A stretch of DNA of 64,000 nucleotides from a virus (taxonomy: Duplodnaviria; Caudoviricetes): the IMG/VR virus record IMGVR_UViG_3300032247_000914, positions 7,084 to 71,083 of that record. One strand, 5' to 3'. The position numbers and the translations under genes are program-made. The notes beneath the pieces were generated by a model, which saw nothing but the letters and a program-made list of their open reading frames with translations, was not told the origin of the DNA and did not search any database. Of this stretch, positions 1 through 10,523 are shown piece after piece (within the stretch, counting starts at the first letter, position 1; every line of letters starts with the position of its first letter).

Positions 1-946
1 TTGGAAATGCAGGAGAACAAGTGATTGTGGAATCGGTTGAATTTACATTGACTACTGTTAGCACAGTGCTAGTTGTTTTAACACCAAAAGTTGCTCCTAC
101 AATAATACCGTTTACAGAATTTACTTGGAACTGTGTAGCCGTGGTATAAGTTGGGCTGGACCAGTTGCCAGCCACAATGTTGGCTGTGATATAATTGGGA
201 GTAAATGCCACATTGCCAGCCACCAAATTGCTATTCAATTGTGAGGTTACCACTAGTGCGCCATTAGCACCAGATGTTGTACTGATTGAATAAAATTGAT
301 TGTTTGAAACATTACCACTGGGATTTGACACAACAAATTGATTGGCAACTTGAGTCACTGTGCTGGTGCTACTGATAATCAATTCGTTTACCAAACGCAC
401 AAAGGTAGTTGAGGTGGTTGCCGATGAGGAAAATTCATGAATCAATGAAAATACATTTGTAGAGCCAGTCAACAAATATGGATTTGCTGAAGGACCTAAC
501 GCAGTGGCACCTACAAAATTTACGCTGGTAGCACCTGAACCTGTGGGGGTAATCAATAAAGTCAATTCAGAAGCCAACCCTTGACCAGGCCAATTGATAA
601 TATTGATATTGTGTAGGCCTGAATTCAATTGAATATTTTGATAATTTCCCAAAGTGTAGTCTATGGTAATATCGCCGCTTTGAGCTCCGTTTTCCCACAA
701 TGTTTTGGTAACATTCAATAAATTTACATTGGAAATTGTGTTGCCGTTGAATGTGGTTGTTGTATTGGTAACATCAACAGCATATGAACTTAGATAATTT
801 GTTGCTGAATTGATTTCAGTCAACGCATTGGTAATGTTACGCCAGTTGTCTCTAAAGGTTTGGCTGTTGTTATCTTGCCCAGGAACTGGGAAAGTTAAAT
901 TTATATTACTGATATAAGCGCCAGCTGTTGTTGCAGATATTGTCAC
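1..946 (-). CDS. Virion structural protein (partial, runs off window start)
   Basis: Missed by ORF track. GTG at 946 with GGAG upstream; MTISATTAGAYISNINLTFPVPGQDNNSQTFRDNW; open to position 1. Confidence 0.7.
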   Translation of the reverse strand, partial: MTISATTAGAYISNINLTFPVPGQDNNSQTFRDNWRNITNALTEINSATNYLSSYAVDVTNTTTTFNGNTISNVNLLNVTKTLWENGAQSGDITIDYTLGNYQNIQLNSGLHNINIINWPGQGLASELTLLITPTGSGATSVNFVGATALGPSANPYLLTGSTNVFSLIHEFSSSATTSTTFVRLVNELIISSTSTVTQVANQFVVSNPSGNVSNNQFYSISTTSGANGALVVTSQLNSNLVAGNVAFTPNYITANIVAGNWSSPTYTTATQFQVNSVNGIIVGATFGVKTTSTVLTVVNVNSTDSTITCSPAFP

Positions 947-986
947 TGTCAAACTCCGTTGTTTTTAATATTTACCCGAATTGATT

Positions 987-2831
987 TCATGGCAATTTTT
1001 TCTTAATTTCTTCAAGTTGGGCATTAAGATCCTTAATGGCTTCTATCAATAATGGCACTAATTTTTCGTATCTAACAGTTAGGTATCCATCTTCACGAAC
1101 CACTACAACTTCTGGCAATACCTTTTGAACTTCTTGAGCAATAACACCTGCTTCAGCATCCAAAGTGTTTTTACCTATGTCCGCAGCCAAATCATTCCAA
1201 TTATAGGTGATACCATTTAATGCCAACACCTTAGCCAAACCATTGTCTATATTTTTAATATTGGTTTTTAATCTTATGTCAGATGGTGTCGCATAAAATG
1301 CTGTAATGTCGCCTGTGGCATTTATACTGCCATTTACATATAGAATATTGTTGTTGTAGTCCCAAGTCAAACTGTTGGTACCTGTTGCCGCACCTGAATA
1401 ATTATATATAACCTGCGTGTTGCTACCGGCCACTGGGCCCACTGAACCAGCATAACCAATACTACCGCTATATCCTAATCCGCCAACACTACCTGAATAA
1501 CCAGTAGCTCCTAAACCCACACTGCCGGTATAACCAAATGGACCCTGCGGCCCTGTTGGACCTGCCAATCCCCTAATACCTATACTGCCAGTATAACCTT
1601 GACTACCAGTATATCCCAATGGACCTGACGGCCCACTCACTGTGCTGACTGATCCTGTGTAACCCTGTGGGCCAGATACTGTACTTGCTGAGCCACTGTA
1701 GCCCAAGCTACCAGTATATCCCAATGGTCCCGACGGTCCACTTACTGTGCTGGCTGAACCTGTGTAGCCGATACTGCCCGTGTAGCCCCTTGGACCAAGG
1801 CTGCCGGCATAACCGTCAATGCCCAAAGATCCGCTGTAACCATCAGTGCCTCTACTGCCTGTATAACCAGCACCTTGACTGCCTGTAAATCCCAAGCTGC
1901 CAGTATAACCTAATGGACCACTTACACTGCTTGCTGATCCTGAGTAGCCCAAACTGCCTGTATAACCTGGGGCTGTGCTGGCTGATCCAGTATAGCCCAC
2001 TGATCCAGTATAGCCCAAACTGCCGGCGTATCCCAAAACTCCTTGGCTGCCTGTGTAGCCTTGCGGACCAAGACTGCCGGTATAGCCTAGATCTCCAATG
2101 CTGCCTGCGTATCCCTGTGGCCCAATACTACCACTGTAGCCAATTGGGCCACGACTGCCTGTGTAGCCCAAACTGCCTGTATAACCAAAACTTCCAGTAT
2201 AACCAGTGGGACCTTGAACACCTGCTGAACCAGTGAATCCTTGGCTACCAGTGTAGCCAATACTGCCGCTGAATCCTATACTACCAGAAAACCCTGTTTG
2301 TGTACTGGCTGATCCAGTATATCCCACACTGCCTGTATAACCAACACTTCCACTATATCCAGTTGGTCCGCTGATTGAGCTGGCAGAACCTGTATACCCC
2401 AAACTGCCAGCATAGCCCTGTGGTCCTTGCGCACCAATAGATCCAGTATATCCGACACCTGCATAAGCACCACTTGACCCAGTATAACCCAAACTGCCGG
2501 TATAGCCCAATCCTCCAATACTGCCAGTATAGCCTGGAACAGTGCTGGCCGAACCTGTGTATCCTGATCCTTGACTGCCTGTGTAACCCAATCCTGCCGG
2601 CCCTGTACTACCGCTATAGCCAATGGGGCCACTGGGGCCAATACTGCCTGTATATCCAATAGGCCCGCTTGGGCCTTGTGGACCTGTTGAACCTTGAGCA
2701 TTAACCAGTGTTGCCACCTGGGAAACTGTGATAGTTTCATTTACACCACTATCTTGAACAATAAACAGAGTGGTCCCTGTTGTTGGGTTAGTTAAAATGG
2801 GTAAGCTGGTTAGATCTGGTCTATTGGTCAT
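987..2831 (-). CDS. Collagen-like tail fiber with C-terminal peptidase S74 chaperone domain
   Basis: G-X-Y repeats (GYTGS); C-terminal SDIRLKTNI...NGITYNWN...GVIAQEV...V.YEKLVPLLIEAIK. Confidence 0.85.
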   Translation of the reverse strand: MTNRPDLTSLPILTNPTTGTTLFIVQDSGVNETITVSQVATLVNAQGSTGPQGPSGPIGYTGSIGPSGPIGYSGSTGPAGLGYTGSQGSGYTGSASTVPGYTGSIGGLGYTGSLGYTGSSGAYAGVGYTGSIGAQGPQGYAGSLGYTGSASSISGPTGYSGSVGYTGSVGYTGSASTQTGFSGSIGFSGSIGYTGSQGFTGSAGVQGPTGYTGSFGYTGSLGYTGSRGPIGYSGSIGPQGYAGSIGDLGYTGSLGPQGYTGSQGVLGYAGSLGYTGSVGYTGSASTAPGYTGSLGYSGSASSVSGPLGYTGSLGFTGSQGAGYTGSRGTDGYSGSLGIDGYAGSLGPRGYTGSIGYTGSASTVSGPSGPLGYTGSLGYSGSASTVSGPQGYTGSVSTVSGPSGPLGYTGSQGYTGSIGIRGLAGPTGPQGPFGYTGSVGLGATGYSGSVGGLGYSGSIGYAGSVGPVAGSNTQVIYNYSGAATGTNSLTWDYNNNILYVNGSINATGDITAFYATPSDIRLKTNIKNIDNGLAKVLALNGITYNWNDLAADIGKNTLDAEAGVIAQEVQKVLPEVVVVREDGYLTVRYEKLVPLLIEAIKDLNAQLEEIKKKLP

Positions 2832-2874
2832 TATTTAGGTACCTATCATACAAATTGGTAGTGTATTTATGTGT

Positions 2875-4416
2875 TTACCAATTTGTGATATCTGTAGAAA
2901 TATTGCCTAATCTAACCCAGGTGTTTACATCTACACAGATATATACAAAATTACTATCCCATGATATTTGTCCCGTGGATCCGAGACTTGTGGGTGTTAG
3001 TGTGGCATTTTGTACACTTAATGTTGTGCCAACACTGCCTGTGTAACCCTTACTACCGCTATATCCGCCTGCTGGCCCTTGTGGTCCTTGACTGCCTGTA
3101 TACCCAATACGACCAGTACTACCAGTATACCCTGTTGCTGTACTTGCTGAACCAGTGTAACCATTTGTTCCAATGCTGCCAGTATACCCTGTTGCTGTAC
3201 TAGCAGATCCAGTATAGCCGATAGTACCTAAGCTACCGGTATATCCAGTTTGTGTGCTAGCAGATCCAGTATATCCAGTCGCAGTGCTTGCTGATCCTGT
3301 ATAACCTTTACTACCAGAAAATCCTAAACTTCCAGTAAACCCAATAACTCCTTGGCTTCCAGTGTATCCACCAGCTGGTCCTTGTGGGCCTTGGCTTCCG
3401 CTATATCCGCGACTACCGGTATATCCACCTGGGGTGCCCTGACTACCTGCGTAGCCCACTGGCCCAGCCACTGTACTAGCAGATCCGGTGTATCCTCTAC
3501 TGCCAGTAAATCCCACTGATCCGTTATAACCGGCACTACCATCAAATCCCACACTGCCAGTAAATCCTGTCTGTGTACTTGCGCTACCTGTATATCCAAC
3601 GGCACTGGCAGCTCCAATACTGCCAGTATAACCTAAACTACCTGTATAACCCAACAATCCCACACTACCACTATAACCAAATACGCCACGACTACCAGTA
3701 AATCCAGTAGTTCCTTGGCTGCCCACACTGCCGGTGTAACCGCCTGGGCTGCCTTGACTGCCCACAAATCCCACTGTGCCTTGACTGCCTGTGTAGCCCA
3801 AAGGACCTTGTGGACCTTGCACGCCTATTGAACCAGTGTATCCACGACTTCCGTAATAACCCACACTACCAGTAAATCCAGTCAGTGTGCTGGCTGATCC
3901 AGTATAACCAGTACGTCCGTAACTACCAGCATAGCCCACACTGCCTGCAAAACCAATACTACCAGTGTAACCAGTTAGAGTACTTGCTGATCCAGTATAA
4001 CCTAATGGTCCTTGGACTCCAGTTGATCCAGTATAACCAACGCTACCACTATAACCCAAACTGCCGCTATAGCCAATGAATCCCCTGGCACCCACACTGC
4101 CGCTGTAACCAATGCTGCCGCTAAAGCCCTGTGGTCCAGCACTGCCAGTATAACCCTTACTGCCTGTATATCCAAAAACACCTTGACTGCCAGTGTAGCC
4201 CTGAATGCCTTGGCTACCATCGTATCCGTGATTGCCACTTTGCCCCACACTGCCCGCATAACCGCTACTTCCCGTAAAACCCTGCGCCAGTGTTACAATA
4301 TTTGACAAACTGATTTGTTGTGTACGTCCTGGGGTAAAATTCAAATTGGCCACAGGCACTGTGATATTAACAGCAGTGGATGTGGTTAGTAGCGGTAAGT
4401 CAATTATTTTTGTCAT
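2875..4416 (-). CDS. Collagen-like fiber protein
   Basis: About 430 aa of GYTGS repeats; C-terminal GQISWDSNFVYICVDVNTWVR fiber motif. Confidence 0.8.
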   Translation of the reverse strand: MTKIIDLPLLTTSTAVNITVPVANLNFTPGRTQQISLSNIVTLAQGFTGSSGYAGSVGQSGNHGYDGSQGIQGYTGSQGVFGYTGSKGYTGSAGPQGFSGSIGYSGSVGARGFIGYSGSLGYSGSVGYTGSTGVQGPLGYTGSASTLTGYTGSIGFAGSVGYAGSYGRTGYTGSASTLTGFTGSVGYYGSRGYTGSIGVQGPQGPLGYTGSQGTVGFVGSQGSPGGYTGSVGSQGTTGFTGSRGVFGYSGSVGLLGYTGSLGYTGSIGAASAVGYTGSASTQTGFTGSVGFDGSAGYNGSVGFTGSRGYTGSASTVAGPVGYAGSQGTPGGYTGSRGYSGSQGPQGPAGGYTGSQGVIGFTGSLGFSGSKGYTGSASTATGYTGSASTQTGYTGSLGTIGYTGSASTATGYTGSIGTNGYTGSASTATGYTGSTGRIGYTGSQGPQGPAGGYSGSKGYTGSVGTTLSVQNATLTPTSLGSTGQISWDSNFVYICVDVNTWVRLGNISTDITNW

Positions 4417-4451
4417 TTAAGTGTCCTGGTATCCTATTATTTACTGTATTT

Positions 4452-7400
4452 TTAACCATATAGCCAGACGGAGCCGTCTGAGTAAACAGGCACAATACGC
4501 CCACCGCCGCCAGTGTACAGCTCACCAAAAGTGATTGTCCCAAGGGCATCGTCTACAACAGCTCTTGCGCCTGCTCCGGCACTGGTTGCATTTGGAAGGT
4601 TGTTTTCATTATAAACAGTGGTATCAAAAACTCCCTGACTGCCAGTATATCCAGTGAATCCCTGCGGTCCACTTGGTCCCTGTGGTCCAACAACTCCCTG
4701 ACTGCCAGTATATCCGCTAGCCCCTCTACTGCCAACATACCCTGCTTGTGTACTAGCTGATCCTGTGTAACCTTGTGGACCTATACCGCCAACACTGCCA
4801 GTATATCCAGTCAATCCCTGTGGTCCCTGTGGCCCCTGTGGCCCAACAACTCCCTGACTGCCAGCATACCCTACCGATCCCCAATAACCCTGACTGCCCG
4901 TGTATCCCTGTGGTCCAATACTGCCCGTGTATCCCTGTGGTCCTAGTGTGGTGCTGGCGGACCCTGTGAAACCCACACTGCCAGTAAACCCTGTACTTCC
5001 AAAAAATCCATTTGTGCCTGCTTGACCAGCACTGCCAGTATAACCCAACGGCCCTTGTGGTCCTACAAGACCATTACTGCCAGTAAATCCAACAGGCCCA
5101 ATGCTGCCTGTATAACCCAAACTGCCAGCAAATCCTGTGCTACCGCCGTAGCCGGCACCCGATGATCCGGTATATCCTTGACTACCTGAAAATCCTATAC
5201 TTCCAGTAAATCCTGCGGATCCTGCGTAACCTGTGCTTCCATAATAGCCAATAGGGCCTTGTACACCCACACTGCCCCAGTAGCCCTGTGATCCAGCATA
5301 GCCTTGAACTCCATTACTGCCCGAATATCCGGCACTACCCGCCGATCCAGCATAACCCACTGAACCTGAGTAGCCTACTGAACCAGCATATCCTTGACTT
5401 CCCGTATATCCGCCTGGAGTGCCTTGACTACCTGTATAGCCCGTAATACCAGCACTACCTGTATAACCGCCTGGAGTGCCTTGACTACCTGTATAACCAA
5501 ATCCCCCAACAGTACTTGTACTGACAGCAAACCCGTTTACATATACGTTAGTGGCGGTTAAAATACCGCTGATATAAGTGCCGCCCTGTACAGTAAATGT
5601 TTCTCCACTATAGTTGGTGGTTGTGCCTATTCCGGCCACAGTGGCATATAGTCCACCAGTTGAGGGTCTTATGACCACTCCAGCAGATGTAACCAGCAAG
5701 TTGCTGTTTGCTGGACTAAAAATTACAGGTTGGTACGAAGTATTGGTGTTGCCATAAGCCACAGACACACTACCAGCATAGCCCTGTGGTCCAATACTGC
5801 CAGCGTAACCAATGGCTCCTCGACTACCATCAAACCCCACACTACCGGTGTAACCGCCTGGATCGCCCTTACTGCCAGAAAACCCTAGTGATCCCACTGA
5901 TCCAGAAAACCCTCTGACCCCTTGACTGCCTGTGTATCCACCAGCTGGTCCTTGTGGTCCTTGACTACCAGTAAATCCCACAACACTACTGCCGGTATAC
6001 CCCACACTGCCACTGTACCCTGTGGGACCTATACTGCCATAATATCCATTGCTACCACTATAGCCTAAACTTCCAGTATAACCTTGCGGACCTTGCGCAC
6101 CAAGTTGACCAGGTGCCCCTGCACTACCGGCATAACCCAAAATTGACGATCCTGCATAGCCAATTGGCCCTTGACTACCACTATACCCAGACGCGGCCGC
6201 CGCCCCAGAACTTCCAGTAAATCCCACACTGCCAGTGTATCCAATAGTACCAGCTATGCCAATACTGCCTGTATAACCCTGTGGGCCTTGTGGGCCCAAA
6301 CTGCCTGTATAACCAAGAGCCCCTGCTTGACCGATACTGCCGGTAAATCCTGTACTTCCATCATACCCGGCAGCACTTGCAGCACCAGATGACCCGGCAT
6401 ATCCCATGCTGCCAGTATATCCCAGTGGGCCGCTTGGTCCAGGCTGGCTGCTTGCTGATCCGGTATAGCCTGTGTATCCAACACTACCAGTAAATCCTCC
6501 GCTGCCGTCGTAACCTGCACTACCCCAATACCCTTGTGAACCGCTGTAGCCTTGACTACCGGTAAAACCAGCACTGCCAGTGAATCCAGTATTGCCAATG
6601 CTACCCGCATAGCCAAGACTTCCTGTGAATCCAGATGAACCTGAATATCCTATACTACCTGTATATCCAACACTCCCCCAATAGCCGGCGCTGCCAAAAT
6701 AGCCTGTACTTCCAGTAAATCCAGCTGGCCCAAGTATTAATCCTACATTTAGAAATCCGTTGTAATAGTTACCAATCGCTGGACCTGTTGTACCAGTTCC
6801 TCCATTGTACACCCATAAGTCACCAGTATCTTGGGCAATATATGAATCTCCTTGATCGCCCGATGATGGCAAACTGGTGTATGTTGATATGGTGCCTTTA
6901 ATATTAAATGATGTTCCTTGACTGCCGGCATAGCCATTGCTGCCTGAATATCCTCTGCTACCAGAAAATCCAATACTGCCCGAATAGCCTAACCCACCAG
7001 AATTTCCAATACTACCAGTGTACCCAGTGGGGCCTTGTGCGCCCAAGCTGCCAGTGAATCCCACACTGCCAGTATAACCAGCGCTGCCGTTATAACCTTG
7101 CGGTCCTATTGACCCAATGCTGCCTGCGTATCCAATACTGCCAGTATAGCCCTGCGGCCCCTGTGCGCCCACACTGCCTGAATAGCCAGCTCCTTGACTG
7201 CCAGTGTAACCTATACCGCCACTTCCAGTGTACCCAGTACTACCACTAAATCCAGCCTGTCCAGGTACACCTAAACTGCCAGCATAACCAGTGCTACCAA
7301 CGCTGCCACTATAGCCTTGTGGTCCTTGTGGACCTTGTATTGGCCCGGCATTGGTCCACCCACTGTTATTTCTTGAATTACTATATATCCATAGATTGCC

Positions 7401-8231
7401 TGTTGTTGTGTCAACGTAAGCATCACCTAATGTAGTATCTCCAGTTTGTACCAATAGATAAACTATGGTGCCAGGTGTTGAAGCATTTCCAACTGATCCA
7501 TTACTGGTAATAGTTCCTTTGACAGTAAGTCCTGCGCCAATACTGCCTGTATAACCATAACTGCCTGTGAATCCCACACTGCCAGTAAACCCTAACCCTT
7601 GGCTGCCTGTATATCCCTGTGGGCCTGTAGGCCCCACACTGCCAGCAAAACCAATAGCGCTGGCCGCCCCAATTGAACCTGTGAATCCCAAACTGCCAGT
7701 ATAACCTAACGGACCTATACTGCCAACACTGCCTGCGTATCCCTGCGGACCTTGTGGTCCGGTACTGCCACTGTATCCCTGCGGCCCTTGTGCACCCACA
7801 CTACCTGAATAGCCCAAACTGCCCGTATAACCTATTCCAGAACTGCCAGTATAGCCTTGTGGACCTAGGCTGCCAGTGTAGCCTGAACCTTGACTACCAG
7901 TATATCCCAAGGGTCCTTGTGGCCCACCTGGAGTACCTTGACTACCAGTATAACCTAATGGACCACTTACACTGCTGGCTGACCCGGTGTAGCCTCGACT
8001 GCCAGTATAGCCTATGCTGCCACCATATCCCACACTGCCCCAGTAGCCTGTTGAGCCAATACTGCCGGCATACCCAATAGTGCCAGCACTGCCAGAATAC
8101 CCGCCAGCAACTCCCAATTCTTGTTTTAAAGAACTGAAACTGAATTGTTTGGCCTTGTTGTTATCAACAACCAAAAATACACTGGTTGTGCTAATACTGT
8201 TTGTTTTTGGTAATTCTGTTATCTTGGTCAT
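4452..8231 (-). CDS. Large collagen-like fiber protein
   Basis: 1259 aa of G-X-Y repeats interrupted by short globular inserts. Confidence 0.8.
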   Translation of the reverse strand: MTKITELPKTNSISTTSVFLVVDNNKAKQFSFSSLKQELGVAGGYSGSAGTIGYAGSIGSTGYWGSVGYGGSIGYTGSRGYTGSASSVSGPLGYTGSQGTPGGPQGPLGYTGSQGSGYTGSLGPQGYTGSSGIGYTGSLGYSGSVGAQGPQGYSGSTGPQGPQGYAGSVGSIGPLGYTGSLGFTGSIGAASAIGFAGSVGPTGPQGYTGSQGLGFTGSVGFTGSYGYTGSIGAGLTVKGTITSNGSVGNASTPGTIVYLLVQTGDTTLGDAYVDTTTGNLWIYSNSRNNSGWTNAGPIQGPQGPQGYSGSVGSTGYAGSLGVPGQAGFSGSTGYTGSGGIGYTGSQGAGYSGSVGAQGPQGYTGSIGYAGSIGSIGPQGYNGSAGYTGSVGFTGSLGAQGPTGYTGSIGNSGGLGYSGSIGFSGSRGYSGSNGYAGSQGTSFNIKGTISTYTSLPSSGDQGDSYIAQDTGDLWVYNGGTGTTGPAIGNYYNGFLNVGLILGPAGFTGSTGYFGSAGYWGSVGYTGSIGYSGSSGFTGSLGYAGSIGNTGFTGSAGFTGSQGYSGSQGYWGSAGYDGSGGFTGSVGYTGYTGSASSQPGPSGPLGYTGSMGYAGSSGAASAAGYDGSTGFTGSIGQAGALGYTGSLGPQGPQGYTGSIGIAGTIGYTGSVGFTGSSGAAAASGYSGSQGPIGYAGSSILGYAGSAGAPGQLGAQGPQGYTGSLGYSGSNGYYGSIGPTGYSGSVGYTGSSVVGFTGSQGPQGPAGGYTGSQGVRGFSGSVGSLGFSGSKGDPGGYTGSVGFDGSRGAIGYAGSIGPQGYAGSVSVAYGNTNTSYQPVIFSPANSNLLVTSAGVVIRPSTGGLYATVAGIGTTTNYSGETFTVQGGTYISGILTATNVYVNGFAVSTSTVGGFGYTGSQGTPGGYTGSAGITGYTGSQGTPGGYTGSQGYAGSVGYSGSVGYAGSAGSAGYSGSNGVQGYAGSQGYWGSVGVQGPIGYYGSTGYAGSAGFTGSIGFSGSQGYTGSSGAGYGGSTGFAGSLGYTGSIGPVGFTGSNGLVGPQGPLGYTGSAGQAGTNGFFGSTGFTGSVGFTGSASTTLGPQGYTGSIGPQGYTGSQGYWGSVGYAGSQGVVGPQGPQGPQGLTGYTGSVGGIGPQGYTGSASTQAGYVGSRGASGYTGSQGVVGPQGPSGPQGFTGYTGSQGVFDTTVYNENNLPNATSAGAGARAVVDDALGTITFGELYTGGGGRIVPVYSDGSVWLYG

Positions 8232-8234
8232 CTA

Positions 8235-10517
8235 TTAATCGCCTTCGAAAGGTATGCCGCTTTCATCCGTTAGTATATTGCCATTTTCGTCGTCAATGAC
8301 TGGACCCAAATTGCCTTGATTTGGACCAACATCAAATCCAACGTTATCTGGGCCAAACAACTCATAATCTTCTGGAATAATATTTGATATATCTTTGCGT
8401 TTGAATATCAAATATTTATCAGCTGAATTATCCAGGCTTTTGGATACTATGATGCGGTCCACTTCAAAATTCAAACTGGTAAAATTAAAACCTGATAATT
8501 TAATTCTATCAACAATTTTAAAACCTTGACCAGGCAGCGCATAGCACAAGGGTATCACTGGCATATAACCTGGTGGAGTGTACTGCCCTTCTTGGGGTGT
8601 ACGCATGAACAGGGGCAAATTATATTCATTTGATGTAACATATTGATCATCAATGATTAAAGACTCTAACCGTTTGCGCATGTTATGTACACTGGCAGGA
8701 TAATAAAGAGAATTGTTAATTTCAGTGTACATTGACACACTGGTTCCAGTAGTTGTTGCGGATGGGTCCACAACATCAATGTAAACTACCTCATAAATTT
8801 CAGTACCATGAATGTCTTTGGCCACTGCTATCTTGACATCACCAAAATACAGTGTGGTGTTATAAAAATTTTCAAATAGTGCATCAACATAAGAATCTAA
8901 ATTTAACTTCTGTATACCGTATTGCAAATACATTTTCATATCGAATTGTACGCCAAAATTTGGATCAAAATATCTATACATCAAATCGGGGTTAAATATT
9001 TTGGTATTGCTGATGAAGTTTTGGAAACTTTGTCTTTGGTTAGATTTCATGAACGGTCTAACATATATACTGGTGTATTGTGTGCTAGTGGATTGTGTGA
9101 CAGATAATTTGAAACTTTTGCTTATTGCGCCTAGGTCATAAACATCGCTGGCCAGTACCGTAAATGTATATGTGCCAGTTGCGTCAAAAGCTGCCTGTCC
9201 ATTGATAGTTCCATCTCTACCCAAAGCTAAACCTGATGGCAATGCTCCACCAGTCAGTTGATATTTGATATTATAGTCTGCGGCAATTTCTTTAGCTTCA
9301 ACACGTAATTCACTGACAGTCTGTGTTTCAATACTGCCTAAATCATCGCCTGAAACCCATTCAATGCTACTGTAAACATTGCCTTGAACAAACAAGGTAA
9401 AGGTGTTGGTCACTGTGGTAGTGGCAGTGGTTTTGTAATCTGATTTTGTGGCCGCCACAGTCAGTGTATAAGTTTTTGTATAAGCAGGCTGAAATTCCAC
9501 ATAGCCGTAAATGTGTCCTGACACTGAATCCAGTTTCAAATCAGGGGGCAATTGAGTAAGCAAATTGGTTGTGGTGATCAAACTGTAGGTTGTTGCGCCT
9601 TCTTGTGGATTGCCATTGTACGCAGACACATCTAAATCTATGTTTTTCCCTGCTCGAATTACACCAAAGTTTGAATTGTTTATAAATTGTGGCAGTTCTA
9701 AGAAACTGGCCGAAGCTGGCACTATATCAGTACTAAGCGCACTGATATCGTAAGCCAAAAACACAGAGTCAGCTCGTAGCATATCTGGATTGATCACTAG
9801 CATTTCAAATCTGTTGGTAGATATGTTGTAGCCATCAGTGGCTGAAACACTAAACTGGTAAATTTTTGGAACTGATACTAGCTGTACTTCAGTTAATGTT
9901 CCATAAAAAGACAACACTGCCGGGTCATAGCTGTAGTCATCAAATGATTCAGTATCGTATCCACCTGTTGTGCTGGCAAATCCAGGAAAGGTCAAGTGAT
10001 CCTTAACAAATCCCGAAATTGTTCCCGTAGAGTTCAACGATAACCCTGGTGGTAATGTGCCAGTGCTCAAATGATATGTTATGGTAGCAGTACTTGGATC
10101 GCCAACAGGGATGGCCGCTAAGGGATAGTTGACCCATTGGTTGTTGAAAATATATTGTAACCCATTATAGCCAGCTGGCAAGAATGTGGAAGTTGTGTTT
10201 GTGGAAGTTGAAATAACCGAAGCAGTGGTAATCCATTGTACCCCGCCATTGTTGTAAATTACGGAATTGAATGTTCTATCAATCACACTGGTGCCATCAG
10301 TGGCTCGTATCACAAAGGTACTGGTTGTGGGCACAAAAACATTGTCGGGAACGCCAGAAATTACACCTGACGAATTCACAGTCATGCCAGATGGTAGTTG
10401 TCCGCTGATTAAACTATATGAAATATTGGTGCCAGTGGCCGTCACTGCCACTGTGGTACTCACAGCTTCAGTAGCAGTGAACAATAAACCTGCGGGTGTT
10501 ATCCATTGTACAGTCAT
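8235..10517 (-). CDS. Putative Ig-domain virion protein
   Basis: Repeated YSLISGQLPSGMTVNSSGVISG / LPPGLSL..GTISG putative-Ig units. Confidence 0.75.
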   Translation of the reverse strand: MTVQWITPAGLLFTATEAVSTTVAVTATGTNISYSLISGQLPSGMTVNSSGVISGVPDNVFVPTTSTFVIRATDGTSVIDRTFNSVIYNNGGVQWITTASVISTSTNTTSTFLPAGYNGLQYIFNNQWVNYPLAAIPVGDPSTATITYHLSTGTLPPGLSLNSTGTISGFVKDHLTFPGFASTTGGYDTESFDDYSYDPAVLSFYGTLTEVQLVSVPKIYQFSVSATDGYNISTNRFEMLVINPDMLRADSVFLAYDISALSTDIVPASASFLELPQFINNSNFGVIRAGKNIDLDVSAYNGNPQEGATTYSLITTTNLLTQLPPDLKLDSVSGHIYGYVEFQPAYTKTYTLTVAATKSDYKTTATTTVTNTFTLFVQGNVYSSIEWVSGDDLGSIETQTVSELRVEAKEIAADYNIKYQLTGGALPSGLALGRDGTINGQAAFDATGTYTFTVLASDVYDLGAISKSFKLSVTQSTSTQYTSIYVRPFMKSNQRQSFQNFISNTKIFNPDLMYRYFDPNFGVQFDMKMYLQYGIQKLNLDSYVDALFENFYNTTLYFGDVKIAVAKDIHGTEIYEVVYIDVVDPSATTTGTSVSMYTEINNSLYYPASVHNMRKRLESLIIDDQYVTSNEYNLPLFMRTPQEGQYTPPGYMPVIPLCYALPGQGFKIVDRIKLSGFNFTSLNFEVDRIIVSKSLDNSADKYLIFKRKDISNIIPEDYELFGPDNVGFDVGPNQGNLGPVIDDENGNILTDESGIPFEGD

Positions 10518-10523
10518 AATAGA

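Noticed and set aside
1667-8080. Shadow ORFs over the collagen genes (and similar antisense ORFs elsewhere)
   Set aside because: By-products of repetitive, stop-poor frames overlapping well-supported genes.
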